Shown here in pieces: positions 19,258-29,986 of a stretch of 64,000 nt of DNA. Source of the DNA: a virus (Duplodnaviria; Caudoviricetes); the IMG/VR virus record IMGVR_UViG_3300028591_000078, positions 160,001 to 224,000 of that record. The stretch is one strand, 5' to 3'. The notes beneath the pieces are model-generated. The model saw only the letters and a program-made list of their open reading frames with translations. It ran no database searches and was not told the origin of the DNA. A program made the translations under genes and the position numbers. Position 1 is the first letter of the stretch. Every line of letters begins with the position of its first letter.

Positions 19258-20547
19258 TCAATCTTCTACGATCTCCCATGACAGGAGGTCTACAACAGCT
19301 GCTGCAGAAGCAACCTGCGTATCTGTAGGTGTGCCTGTTGTGAGATCTGTATTGATAGAAGTCTTGGCTACATACTTGTCATCAGCAGCTGTAGCAACAC
19401 CATCAGCATATGCCTTAACAGCAGCCTCTGTAGCAAGGGTATTAGCAGTAGGTGTAGCAGCGATTGTAGCTCCGCCTATTGTCTTACCAGAATCAGCAAG
19501 ACCACCATCAGCACCTACAGTAGCGATATCGCCAGCTGTGAATGTTGTAAGTCTTGCAGCCTTGGTATCAGCATAAGCCTGAACAGCAGCCTCTGTAGCA
19601 AGAGTATTAGCATCAGTTGTAGCAGCAAGTGTAGCGCCACCAACAGCCTTGCCAGAATCCTGGATGTTGCCACCAGCAACGAAAGTAGCAATGTTACCAG
19701 CAACAGCAGCTGTAACCTTGTCTACCTTACCAGAAATGTCTACATAGAGACCTTCCTCACCCTCATTTGAGAGAGTCTGGATAGCATTACCAGTCTTAGC
19801 GGAGATACGTACATTAACCTGAATCTGAGTCTGACCGCTAACGTCTGTAACTGTTGTAACAGCTGTAGCAGTTGTCGAACCATAGTAGATATCGATAAGA
19901 GCAGATACAGGAATAGATACTGTAGTACCATTCTGCATTTCAAGTACGAGGTTCTGAGTAGCAGAATCATAGTGACCATCCTTAACGAAGTTGTCAAGCG
20001 GAATGTTAACTGTCTTCAGTACATTACCCTTAACGTCCTTAAGAGAGATCACACCTGTAGAACCATCATAAGCGATGTCTGTAGCGATCTTGTCAAGCTC
20101 AACCTGGAATGCTACCGTCTGGGCATCATCCTTGTATACCTTGAGCTTTCTAGCCTCGTTATCCCACTCTACGTTTGTTACATAGTCAGAGAAGTCGATG
20201 CCACCAACAGCATTATCGATAGCAGTATATACTGCACCAGATGTTACGAGGTTTGTAGAATTCTCTGTAACAGTAGTATCGATAGCAGGGATTACAACTC
20301 TCCATGCGGAGCCTGTCCAGGTCTTAGCTTCAGAAGTAGAAGCCTTGATGTAGATAACACCCTGAGCCTGGTTAGTTGCAGGGAAGTCTTCAACTACACG
20401 AACTGCTTCAGTGTAGTCCTGTGCACCACGATAGATCTTACCTGTGTTCTTGATGAAGTAAAGCGTCATCGGGTCCTTAGTCTCAAGACCAGCATACTTA
20501 GCCGCCGAGATATAGACCATCTTTAAAAGCTTAGATACATCAGCCAT
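19258..20547 (-). CDS. putative virion fibre/decoration protein
   Basis: Ala/Thr-rich, duplicated DSGKxxGGAT..ANTLATEAAV repeat. Confidence 0.6.
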   Translation of the reverse strand: MADVSKLLKMVYISAAKYAGLETKDPMTLYFIKNTGKIYRGAQDYTEAVRVVEDFPATNQAQGVIYIKASTSEAKTWTGSAWRVVIPAIDTTVTENSTNLVTSGAVYTAIDNAVGGIDFSDYVTNVEWDNEARKLKVYKDDAQTVAFQVELDKIATDIAYDGSTGVISLKDVKGNVLKTVNIPLDNFVKDGHYDSATQNLVLEMQNGTTVSIPVSALIDIYYGSTTATAVTTVTDVSGQTQIQVNVRISAKTGNAIQTLSNEGEEGLYVDISGKVDKVTAAVAGNIATFVAGGNIQDSGKAVGGATLAATTDANTLATEAAVQAYADTKAARLTTFTAGDIATVGADGGLADSGKTIGGATIAATPTANTLATEAAVKAYADGVATAADDKYVAKTSINTDLTTGTPTDTQVASAAAVVDLLSWEIVED

Positions 20548-20592
20548 AATATTTTTCATCCTTTCTGTAAAATTGGTTTAAAATTTATTATC

Positions 20593-21498
20593 TCAAGACT
20601 CACTGGAATCAAGGGAATCCTCAGGGGTGAGCCAAGAAATCAAAGTATTAACCTCGTCTTTAGTATATACCTTAGGAGATATAGCATCAACGAGGGCATT
20701 GGTATAAGAATCCTGATTATACTTAGTTTTCTTAACCAACCAGGACTGACCATAATTATATGTTTCGAATTCAAATACATAAGTGCTACCAGAATCAACA
20801 CTAGCATCACTCTTGTATTCAAATACTACGTTAGGCTGGAACTCTAATACTAAAGGATATGCACTAGTATCAAGTCTCCATTTAAAAGCAAAATACTGGC
20901 TACCACATACAGGGGGATATACCTGAACAGTCATGCTACTAGCAAGACCAGAGGTTCTCTGTATCTGTTTTCCAAGTAACTGTAATATTCCCATATCTGG
21001 AGAAACATCATAAACAACTAGATCTTCTCCACCACCGCCTCCTCCACCAGAAGAGTAGGTTTTCCATGTAATAGTATCTCCAAGCTTTACAGGAACTGTA
21101 TTGTCTGCAGCATTAGAGAATCCTACTAACTGAATCTTCTTATCCTTGTTAGTTATAGACATAAAGTCTACATTATAACCAGTAACAAGTTCACCAGGTT
21201 CAGTTCCTAAATCTGTTATATTTATAAGGCTATGCATTATATGCTCTAATGCATCACCAATAAGAATAGTACCAAGATCTTGAACAAATACAGTACATTT
21301 GTCTATTGACATTCCTTCTTTTGTAATTGCTTCTTTGATCTTGGAAGTAATATCATAAACATTTTCGCCGTTCTTTATATAGATACGACCATTGTTATAA
21401 TCGCACAATAATTCTCGTTCTTTTGCCAGCTGAATTCGCTCATAAGGTAATGGCGAGACCGCTATTCTGACATTAGAATTCGTAACATCATTGTTCAC
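20593..21498 (-). CDS. putative virion structural protein
   Basis: Late promoter at 21531-21542; poly-Gly linker; C-terminal motif similar to that of the 19258 gene (LxSW). Confidence 0.55.
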   Translation of the reverse strand: MNNDVTNSNVRIAVSPLPYERIQLAKERELLCDYNNGRIYIKNGENVYDITSKIKEAITKEGMSIDKCTVFVQDLGTILIGDALEHIMHSLINITDLGTEPGELVTGYNVDFMSITNKDKKIQLVGFSNAADNTVPVKLGDTITWKTYSSGGGGGGGEDLVVYDVSPDMGILQLLGKQIQRTSGLASSMTVQVYPPVCGSQYFAFKWRLDTSAYPLVLEFQPNVVFEYKSDASVDSGSTYVFEFETYNYGQSWLVKKTKYNQDSYTNALVDAISPKVYTKDEVNTLISWLTPEDSLDSSES

Positions 21499-21584
21499 GA
21501 AACATCCTCCTTCCAATAGAGTAAGTTCATTATATTAATGTTGCAAGACTGAACCGATGGGTTTTACACCCATCGGTAAGCCTT

Positions 21585-24500
21585 TTAGTTATTCATCAAA
21601 CCATTATCATCAGGAATATTAGCTCTTCTATCATTGTCAAGAACTGTAGAGATATATACTCCATCCTTATCAAAGTAATCCTTATCTTCATACTTATACA
21701 AGAACGGATCTGCATCTACAGACTCCTGATCCATATAGAAGTCAAGAATAACTCCATTATAGATCATTTCAGGTTCAATGTCATAGATCATCTCTTCTTC
21801 TGTATCACTAATACCATTATAAGTACCATGCATAGCATTGATATGATCTAAGTCTGCTCCTAAAGTACTGATCATGAAGAGATCATGCTCAGATTTATAC
21901 TGACTAACATCAATCGGCCAGTCTTCAGGATTAGCAATTCTTACTACATTAAGATTCTGGAGAGACTGTACATCTTTGGTTACTTTCATAAGAGAAGAAG
22001 ATATTCTCATCAGATCACTCTGAAGAACCTTCTTACCATTAATCCATACCAATACAGTCTGAGGAGATATTCCTATAGGAGCTTCATGTCTTCTGATACG
22101 AATATATCCATTACCGAATACTCCTAAATCATTTCCTCTATATCTGAAATAGAATACTATTACATAGGGGAGTATGTTAAACATACTACTCAGCTTAAAT
22201 CTAAGCGAGAGTCTAAGGTTAGAAGGCTTTCTAAAGGACTCTTCTACCATTCTATGGAATAGATCTATAATATACTTAGGTTCTTCACCGAACCATTCAT
22301 CTACAGAATCATGAAGCTGCTTCTTTATAAGAGGAGATCTCTCATAAAGTACAACGTCATCAAGTTCAGCATTATATCTAGATCTAGTAATCTGATAAAT
22401 ATGCTCGATCCAGTCATCAATTCTGTTATTGACAGCTATATATATAAACATCTCTGGCAGATGTTCTCTAAGAGACCACTCTGTAAGATTAGGTTCCATA
22501 TAAGCATCATCTACCATCTTATGAAGTATATCAAGTATTCTTGTAGGTTGGCCTTCAAAGTCCTCTTCTACCCACTGATGAGCCTTTTCTATAAGACCAG
22601 GATCAGTTGTATAGTAGATCTTATCAATACCACGCTCAGAATCATCCCAACGCTCAAATACTTGCTCTTCATATACAAAGTATCTATCAACCCTACCGAT
22701 AAACATATTAAGTTTATCTATAAGATCTCTATATACTACTTGGTCTTCCATAGGATCCAGGAACATTTCAGGCAATCCTTTTCTCAAAGACCATTCGATC
22801 TGAGAAGGAGTCTCAAATGCATTATCTACCATCTTATGGAAGAGTGTTAATATAGAATCAGATTCGTATTCAAAGCACTCATTTACTAAAGCATGAGCTC
22901 TAGCCAGTACTTCAGGATCTGTTGTATAGTAAATATCATCTACTCCAAGCTCTGTATCATCCCAAGACTTATATGCACAGTGCTCGAAGTCCATGATTTC
23001 ATCGATAGCTTCCATAAATATAGGAAGTTTATCTGATACTCTTATATAATCAAACTGGTCTGCAAGATTCTTTCTAAGAGCCCACTCTATTAAAGCAGGA
23101 CCATTGTAAGCATCATCAACCATTCTATGGAATAGTCTAAGTATACCAGCTCTTTCATTACCGAAGAACTCATTTACGAGATTATGAGCACTCTCTATTA
23201 CATCTATATCATCAGTATAATAGAACTCATCTGCTGCTACAATCTCATTAGAGTCTATATTTCTGAATGCATCTGTTGTAGCACTCATCATATTCTTTAT
23301 TCTAGACATAAACTCATCAAACTTGAACTGGAATGCAAGCTCGATTCTAGAATATCCAAGGAAAGTAACGGTTTTATTTGTGTAGTCTACTTCCATATTC
23401 TTGATCGGAGCACCATATTCATTAGTTATATCAACAGAGTTCTTGTCTTTAAAAAAGTCATCATAGGGCACAGGTATCTTATACTGCATTACATTAGGAT
23501 ATGTATATACTCTTCTTACAAGGTTGTATGTAGGTTTGAGCATATCCATCTTAATGCCTTCAGGCAGATAGAATACATCTACATAATCCCCAGCTTCATA
23601 TTCAAGCTCAAGATATATAGTAGTACCATGTACAGGAGAATCAGGTGTAGGTCTTACTATGCCAAAGCCAGGATTCATTTTCCTACCATTTACAAATACC
23701 ATATAATTAGCATGCTCATAGTAATACTTAAAAGTACCACCAAGATAGATTCTATTACTGGTATTGCTCATGGTATATCTAGCATATTCGAAGTGATTCT
23801 TAGTTACAATGGTTACAGTCTTACCATGGTAATATTCATCCTCAACTTTAAGCTTATCACCTTCTACTGTAAAGGGTATTGAATAGTATGCATATCCAGA
23901 ATCCTTAACAGTATATCTATTATTATCATGATCATCTGAGAGTATGGTGATATTAGCAGCAGGTAAAGTAGACTCTACATAAGGTATATATCCATTCTCA
24001 TCAATCGGAATATTCTCAAGAACTGTATTCAAGATATTCTTATAGAATATAAACTCGAATACATCATCATCTTCAATGAATTGAGGATATGCCTTAAAGT
24101 AGAACTGATGAAGTTTATATCTTACTGTATCAGATCTATTATAAAGAAGACCATTCTTGAAGATCATTACACTATTATCCATAGGTCTAGCAGTATATCT
24201 AACCATATGTACATAGTGCTGATCATCAATCATATCTTTAATCTCTTTACCAGACTTTACTACTATATCAGCAATAGTCTCAGGATCCTGCTCTAAGAGC
24301 TGGGAATTATATCTAGAGATATAATCAGTAGACTCTACCATATTAGTATAGTCAGACTTCTCAGGATCTCTATCAAAGTCAAACTCTTTGTTGAATACTT
24401 CAGGAAGTCTTCTAGCCTTATTGAGCTCTTTAGTAGCATAGTCCTGAAGATATTCTGTATTATCTCCAAGATGATATACATTATCATGCTTCCATTCTAC

Positions 24501-25259
24501 ACAATTAGCATAGAATATCTTGTAAGTAGCTACATACTGTATAACTCCAAAGCCCATAGTAATGATATTCAGAGGATTTACATGGAGAGTATAATCATGA
24601 TAGAGTAATCCATCTTTGAATATGAGGAAGTTTTCAGGCTTAAGCTTATGCTCAATCGGAACAGGCATAGTCTGATTAATAAGATCTTCATTAGTATCTA
24701 CAGAGAGAAACTGTATATCGCTATACGGATTCATATATACTACGATATCACCAGAGATATCAAGGTTTCCAAGCTCATTGAATCTAAATATCTCTACATA
24801 CTTAGAGTCAACTGTCTCATTAGTCTCTGTATACTTTACATTGAAAGGTAACTGGAGTATATCAGGATAATATACTACATCTCTGATGTAATCTCTACCA
24901 GTTATACACATAAAAGTAGCTCTTCCATCAAACTTGATCTTGATGTCAGACCACTTTACCATTCTACCATTCAGCCATAAGATAAAAGGCTGAATAACTT
25001 TAAGCCTGACGAGGGTAGGAACACTACCCTCGACAGGTCTATTCATATACTTAGGAGTGAGTAAGAATCTGATTCTATCAGTCTCGAAGACAAGTTCATG
25101 GAACTTATTCTTCATTCTCTTACCATTGAAATGATAATCGAATACTCTAGTTATATTCTCAGTAGAGAAATAGGGGATAGAACCATCCTGAACATCTCTA
25201 TTTCTAGAGGCAGTCTCTGATTCCAACCATCCTATTCTCTGACTAGGATTTAAACTCAT
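21585..25259 (-). CDS. large virion structural protein (1224 aa) with four internal helical repeats
   Basis: Repeated [IV]FxNG beta motifs; late operon context. Confidence 0.6.
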   Translation of the reverse strand: MSLNPSQRIGWLESETASRNRDVQDGSIPYFSTENITRVFDYHFNGKRMKNKFHELVFETDRIRFLLTPKYMNRPVEGSVPTLVRLKVIQPFILWLNGRMVKWSDIKIKFDGRATFMCITGRDYIRDVVYYPDILQLPFNVKYTETNETVDSKYVEIFRFNELGNLDISGDIVVYMNPYSDIQFLSVDTNEDLINQTMPVPIEHKLKPENFLIFKDGLLYHDYTLHVNPLNIITMGFGVIQYVATYKIFYANCVEWKHDNVYHLGDNTEYLQDYATKELNKARRLPEVFNKEFDFDRDPEKSDYTNMVESTDYISRYNSQLLEQDPETIADIVVKSGKEIKDMIDDQHYVHMVRYTARPMDNSVMIFKNGLLYNRSDTVRYKLHQFYFKAYPQFIEDDDVFEFIFYKNILNTVLENIPIDENGYIPYVESTLPAANITILSDDHDNNRYTVKDSGYAYYSIPFTVEGDKLKVEDEYYHGKTVTIVTKNHFEYARYTMSNTSNRIYLGGTFKYYYEHANYMVFVNGRKMNPGFGIVRPTPDSPVHGTTIYLELEYEAGDYVDVFYLPEGIKMDMLKPTYNLVRRVYTYPNVMQYKIPVPYDDFFKDKNSVDITNEYGAPIKNMEVDYTNKTVTFLGYSRIELAFQFKFDEFMSRIKNMMSATTDAFRNIDSNEIVAADEFYYTDDIDVIESAHNLVNEFFGNERAGILRLFHRMVDDAYNGPALIEWALRKNLADQFDYIRVSDKLPIFMEAIDEIMDFEHCAYKSWDDTELGVDDIYYTTDPEVLARAHALVNECFEYESDSILTLFHKMVDNAFETPSQIEWSLRKGLPEMFLDPMEDQVVYRDLIDKLNMFIGRVDRYFVYEEQVFERWDDSERGIDKIYYTTDPGLIEKAHQWVEEDFEGQPTRILDILHKMVDDAYMEPNLTEWSLREHLPEMFIYIAVNNRIDDWIEHIYQITRSRYNAELDDVVLYERSPLIKKQLHDSVDEWFGEEPKYIIDLFHRMVEESFRKPSNLRLSLRFKLSSMFNILPYVIVFYFRYRGNDLGVFGNGYIRIRRHEAPIGISPQTVLVWINGKKVLQSDLMRISSSLMKVTKDVQSLQNLNVVRIANPEDWPIDVSQYKSEHDLFMISTLGADLDHINAMHGTYNGISDTEEEMIYDIEPEMIYNGVILDFYMDQESVDADPFLYKYEDKDYFDKDGVYISTVLDNDRRANIPDDNGLMNN

Positions 25260-26185
25260 ACTGAGCGACCCCCTATTTCGAGAATTGCCTTGGTAAATGC
25301 AACCATTTCACCTCCGCAAACCTTCTCGATAGTCTTCTGATTGTTGAGATAAGATCCTACATATGCATCAGTAAGCATCTGAGCAAATGAGGGGAAGAGT
25401 TCAAGAGCAAATACTGTAGAAACTCCGAAGAGATACATCCACTTTTCAAGTATCATATCTATAGTAAGAGTTCCTACCTTAAGTACATCTGAAAGGCTCT
25501 CTACGAAGAACTTGATATTTGTGTAAGTATTTTCATTACACATCATATTTATAATCTCTTCTTCTCTTTCAGATATACCAGCTATCTTTCTAGCAACCTG
25601 ACAAGTTCTTTCAGACTTAGCATCCTTTTCGAGTATGCATACCATATAATACATAGCACACATATACATAGCTCTAGCCTTAAGTCCAGGTATCGTAGAT
25701 ATCTTATGGATATATTCTAATACATGGCAGAAGAGCTTTCCGAAAGCCATAGCACCGGTATCACTGATAGTATAATTATTAGTGATTCTAGTAGGATCAA
25801 GATAGTATATAGTAGAAGTCATAGCAGAAACAATATATGATATCAGTACATCAGGATGATCACATACCCATACACCATTAGAATCATATACTACTCCTGA
25901 TACATCTATAAAAGTTCTGATCTTCTTATCAGTTTTTATATCCTTACAAGTTACTACTTTGAACTGCTGGGATATAGACTGACCTGTACAGAGTACTACA
26001 TTCTTAGACTTCAGAACCTGTACAAGAGAAGATGAAATCTGTCTCTTCTTTACGTCTATAAAGACGTCTTCAAACTCCTTAGAGTTTACATCTATTCTTT
26101 CAGACCTCATAATGAAGTCCATAAGCTGCTTTTCATACTTAGGATATTTATTGTATAAAAAGGTATTGGCAAATGATTTAGCCAC
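25256..26185 (-). CDS. conserved jumbo-phage protein, probably virion-associated
   Basis: GTG start with AGGAGG; late promoter at 26213-26224. Confidence 0.55.
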   Translation of the reverse strand: MAKSFANTFLYNKYPKYEKQLMDFIMRSERIDVNSKEFEDVFIDVKKRQISSSLVQVLKSKNVVLCTGQSISQQFKVVTCKDIKTDKKIRTFIDVSGVVYDSNGVWVCDHPDVLISYIVSAMTSTIYYLDPTRITNNYTISDTGAMAFGKLFCHVLEYIHKISTIPGLKARAMYMCAMYYMVCILEKDAKSERTCQVARKIAGISEREEEIINMMCNENTYTNIKFFVESLSDVLKVGTLTIDMILEKWMYLFGVSTVFALELFPSFAQMLTDAYVGSYLNNQKTIEKVCGGEMVAFTKAILEIGGRSV

Positions 26186-26314
26186 GATATTTCCCTCCTT
26201 TAGGAATTAGATTACTTATATGTTTCGAGATGTAAAAGTAACCATTTTGACTGATATATTATAGTATTGAATAGAGGTCAAACGGATCTCTAAAGTGTAA
26301 AGGAGGATCATATT

Positions 26315-27388
26315 ATGATTTACATGTGCAAAAAATGTGGGAACCTCATATTCGATAATGAGATTCCTGAACAGAAAGGTTTTCATGAGGTGAAAGAGGT
26401 ATCATCCTGCTGCTCTGTCTATTCATGTAACTCTAATGAAATGATAGAGTTTGATGGCATCGAAAATGTCCCGCAGGCTCTTCCTATGTTGCTCGCGATA
26501 GGGAAATCTAAACAGTTTCATCAGATGGCAATCTATGCGATGAAGACAATCCTCAAAACAAAGTGCATCTCATTACATGTTGAGATGAACTATAATGAGG
26601 ATAAGGCTTCATATATTTATAAATATATGAAGTTAGCCATCGAAAAATTAAAAGCTATGCCTCATATATCTATCAAAGATTTCGGCTTTGAGAAAGATAC
26701 AACGTATGATAGCAAGGGTAATGTACGTTGTATAACATCGTTTGATGCTTGTGTAAATGAGTCATATCAGAGCACAGCTGAAACATGGGCCGTGATAAAC
26801 TCTCTTGTAGAAAAGAGTTTGGAATTTCTTACCATTGTTATCCTTAGCTGCATAGAGATAGATAATAGCGATGACGTAGAAAAGGAATATGAAAAGCAGG
26901 AGAAAGACCTGCTTATATTGTTCCATGAGGAAACTCCTGAGAAGGAAAAGGCCAAGGAAGAAGTCGAAGAAAAGGTAGAAGAACCTGAACCTGAGTCTAC
27001 TGTAGAGTCATGGAATCCTTTCGATGATCCTACTCCTAAGAAGGAAGAAGCTAAGGAAGAAGAGGCTGAACCTGAATCTGCTGAAGAGGAATGGAATCCT
27101 TTCATCGATAAAGAAGTCAAAGAACCGGAGCCTGCTCCTAAAAAGAAAAGAGCTAGCAGAGATGAGATATATGCTGCTCTTGATAAAGGATATACGAAGG
27201 AGCAGATAATGGAGGAGTTCAAGGTCAGCACAAAAACCTATAACAGGAGGAAAGAGGAATGGCTGGCCAAGAAGAAGGACAATATAAATGATGTGCCTGA
27301 AGCCAAAACATCTAAGGTTATACCTGAAATGGTTAAACCTAAAACTTCAGGCTACGAATGGAAGAAATTCAAACGGGAGGAAGACTAA
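26315..27388 (+). CDS. early protein with N-terminal Zn finger, acidic linker and C-terminal HTH
   Basis: CKKC..CC..C; IYAALDKGYTKEQIMEEFKVSTKTYNR. Confidence 0.65.
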   Translation: MIYMCKKCGNLIFDNEIPEQKGFHEVKEVSSCCSVYSCNSNEMIEFDGIENVPQALPMLLAIGKSKQFHQMAIYAMKTILKTKCISLHVEMNYNEDKASYIYKYMKLAIEKLKAMPHISIKDFGFEKDTTYDSKGNVRCITSFDACVNESYQSTAETWAVINSLVEKSLEFLTIVILSCIEIDNSDDVEKEYEKQEKDLLILFHEETPEKEKAKEEVEEKVEEPEPESTVESWNPFDDPTPKKEEAKEEEAEPESAEEEWNPFIDKEVKEPEPAPKKKRASRDEIYAALDKGYTKEQIMEEFKVSTKTYNRRKEEWLAKKKDNINDVPEAKTSKVIPEMVKPKTSGYEWKKFKREED

Positions 27389-27390
27389 GG

Positions 27391-28116
27391 ATGATTAAAA
27401 TCAATATCGATGTATCAGAAGATATGGTCTTGAGAAAGATAATAGGAGAATCGATTCACAAATCCCTGGTAGGGTCTCCGGCTTACATTAATAATGAAAT
27501 ACTTCTTAATGTAGATGCCAGCCCAAATAATATCATTCTCATCGTTGGTAAAGATAATGAGAATGATACTGAACTTAACGTTAAGTTCAGATCAATATCT
27601 AAGATAACTGAGGTAAACGAGGATACGTCAAAAGACTACAAGTTCAGCAATTTTAGTAATAAAAATGAGGTTTTGCTGAATTCTATCTTTTCATCTATCA
27701 CTGATGGCTTGCTCTCAGCACAAAATAAACGTGTGTTATCGACTTCTGATAAACCTCTGTGTTCTGGATGCTTTGAAGACAAGAATTCAGTGTGGGTTCA
27801 GAAATTCGTAATAGTATTCGATAAAGATCTTGAAGCAGCTATAGATAGACTGCTGATTGAATTCGGTACCAAAAATATATTATCTGAAAAATCTACAAGT
27901 GCATTTGAGTATGCACAGATGTCTGTAGATACGGGATATGCAAAGATAAAAGATGATGGTAACACTATCTATATCTTCGTTGTTTCTAAACCTAAGAAGA
28001 TGATTGGTGGGGATTTAGAGTTTTTGCAGAAAATACTCTACTCAACGATACATCGAATAATATCATCGTTACCTGATAAGTTCTTCAATGATCATTACTC
28101 AGACTATTATGAGTAA
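27391..28116 (+). CDS. hypothetical protein
   Basis: ORF following previous gene; ends at terminator. Confidence 0.65.
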   Translation: MIKINIDVSEDMVLRKIIGESIHKSLVGSPAYINNEILLNVDASPNNIILIVGKDNENDTELNVKFRSISKITEVNEDTSKDYKFSNFSNKNEVLLNSIFSSITDGLLSAQNKRVLSTSDKPLCSGCFEDKNSVWVQKFVIVFDKDLEAAIDRLLIEFGTKNILSEKSTSAFEYAQMSVDTGYAKIKDDGNTIYIFVVSKPKKMIGGDLEFLQKILYSTIHRIISSLPDKFFNDHYSDYYE

Positions 28117-28158
28117 TAAAAAATTAAAGGGTGGCTTAGCGCCGCCCTTATTTTTTTA

Positions 28159-28860
28159 TTAGAATAGCTTGTTGAATCCTCTCTTGACTGTGTATATATT
28201 ATAGTATAAGTATACAAGAGAGAAGAATGCCCTAGTACAAGCTTCAATGAATTGATATTCTTCCTGATTCTCAAAGTCAAGAAGATATTCATTGTATTCA
28301 GGTTTAACTTTACTGAGCTGTAATACTAAGCATCCATTTATAGATATACCTTTATTTACATAAAGCATATATCTATATGCTGCTAACTGTAAGAAGTACT
28401 TATATCCTACATGGTTAGAAGTCTTAAAGTCAATAAGATATACTTTATCATCTATAGATACAAGCATATCATAAGTACCACCGAAATATGGACATACAAG
28501 TTTCTCTTCTTGTCCTAATATACTCACTTTATGATTCATATTGAGTTTATTCCACCATACCATGAATGCTTGGAATGATATATTATCCTTGTCAACTTTA
28601 TCTTTCTGATCTTCAGAGAAGAATTTCTCTATGTTACTATGAGCTGCTGTGCCTATATTAGAAGCTTCGGTCATTATATCTGCATATCTTTTATGCTTGA
28701 CCAAACCCATATAGTTAGCCCATCCAAGAAGATCAGCCATATCTATAAAACTTAATATTTCTGTAACTCTCGGTACTGGAATTCCATCAAAAGTATAATG
28801 TGGGTCTCTAATCTCCATAGGATTAGAGTCTATCATCTTAAGTATATCCTCATTTTTCAT
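28159..28860 (-). CDS. PD-(D/E)XK exonuclease (Cas4/RecB-like phage nuclease)
   Basis: GTAAH, GGTYD, IDFKTS and QLAAY motifs. Confidence 0.85.
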   Translation of the reverse strand: MKNEDILKMIDSNPMEIRDPHYTFDGIPVPRVTEILSFIDMADLLGWANYMGLVKHKRYADIMTEASNIGTAAHSNIEKFFSEDQKDKVDKDNISFQAFMVWWNKLNMNHKVSILGQEEKLVCPYFGGTYDMLVSIDDKVYLIDFKTSNHVGYKYFLQLAAYRYMLYVNKGISINGCLVLQLSKVKPEYNEYLLDFENQEEYQFIEACTRAFFSLVYLYYNIYTVKRGFNKLF

Positions 28861-28952
28861 CCATATTACCTCCGAATTTATTACTAAAAGTTGATGGACA
28901 TGCAAAAAATAAACATGGCATGAAAGCCATGTTTATTTATATTCCTCCTCTC

Positions 28953-29972
28953 TTACGGCATCTGAATACCATATGTATTGAGAAGCTCTACAGCTGCATC
29001 ATAACGTTTCTTGGCTTTTTCGGCAGACTGATATTTCTTGCAGAAATCTGAATCATAGTTCCACTGGTATACAAATAAGTATTCTGCTTTTGCTTCTCTC
29101 TGAAGTTTCTTTGGCAGCTTAAGCAGATTTGGATATCTAAGCGGAGGCTTATTAATATGATAGCCACCTCTATAGTCAGCGTTTATCTGCATAAAGTCAG
29201 TACCCGCAAATTCACCTGTTTTCCAGGACATATATGTCACCTTATCTTCCTCTTTTTTAGGAGTCGACTCTGTATGTGAAGATGAAGTCTGAGCAGCCCT
29301 AAATTCAGACTCCCTACGCATAAGTGTGGTATTAGAAATACCATACTTAGTACATATCTCCTTACGAGGAGTACCCTTGCGAAGTTCTTCATAGATTAGC
29401 CCTTTGTCTACAAGAGTGTGCTTCTTCTTAGGAGGGGTAGATACTTCTGTAGGAGTTACATCTATAACAGGTGCTATAGATGTAGTCTCTATAGTGACAG
29501 GAGCAATCTCTTCTACTACTTCAGGTTTAGTAATATCTTTGAGGATATTACGCTTGTTGGAAATTACAGGATCTCCATTAAGCTCTGATAGAGCCTGATC
29601 GAGCTGATCTTTAAGCAACTTTATAGCTTTCATTGTCGGAGCTTTGAGAGCTTCCTGATGAGGTGATACAGTTACATCTCCCACTTCTACTGTAATCATC
29701 TGCATTACCAGGAGTTCTCTGAGTGTATCACTCTCATCAGCATACCACACTCTATTCTTCACGTTAAATGATGAGAGTGACTTCTGTGGGACAATCCAAA
29801 TTACTCCAAGGAATTTGGACACCCAACTGGGAGACAGAACCACATAAGGTCTACCAGCTTTCTTTGCCAGGATTGTGGTGTTATCCTGGCTGCGAATATC
29901 GAGCTCTTTCTTAAACAGAGAGCCTTCTTTAGGGAACACTAAAGTTCCCGGGTAAATAGTTGTATTTGTCAT
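28953..29972 (-). CDS. protein with PemK/MazF-like N-terminal fold and central HTH
   Basis: GRPYVVLS..IWIVP; IYEELRKGTPRKEICTKYGISNTTL. Confidence 0.5.
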   Translation of the reverse strand: MTNTTIYPGTLVFPKEGSLFKKELDIRSQDNTTILAKKAGRPYVVLSPSWVSKFLGVIWIVPQKSLSSFNVKNRVWYADESDTLRELLVMQMITVEVGDVTVSPHQEALKAPTMKAIKLLKDQLDQALSELNGDPVISNKRNILKDITKPEVVEEIAPVTIETTSIAPVIDVTPTEVSTPPKKKHTLVDKGLIYEELRKGTPRKEICTKYGISNTTLMRRESEFRAAQTSSSHTESTPKKEEDKVTYMSWKTGEFAGTDFMQINADYRGGYHINKPPLRYPNLLKLPKKLQREAKAEYLFVYQWNYDSDFCKKYQSAEKAKKRYDAAVELLNTYGIQMP

Positions 29973-29986
29973 TTTGAAATCCTCCC

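Noticed and set aside
28159-28860. Cas4 as part of a CRISPR system
   Set aside because: Stand-alone PD-(D/E)XK nuclease without the four-Cys Fe-S motif; no cas genes or array nearby
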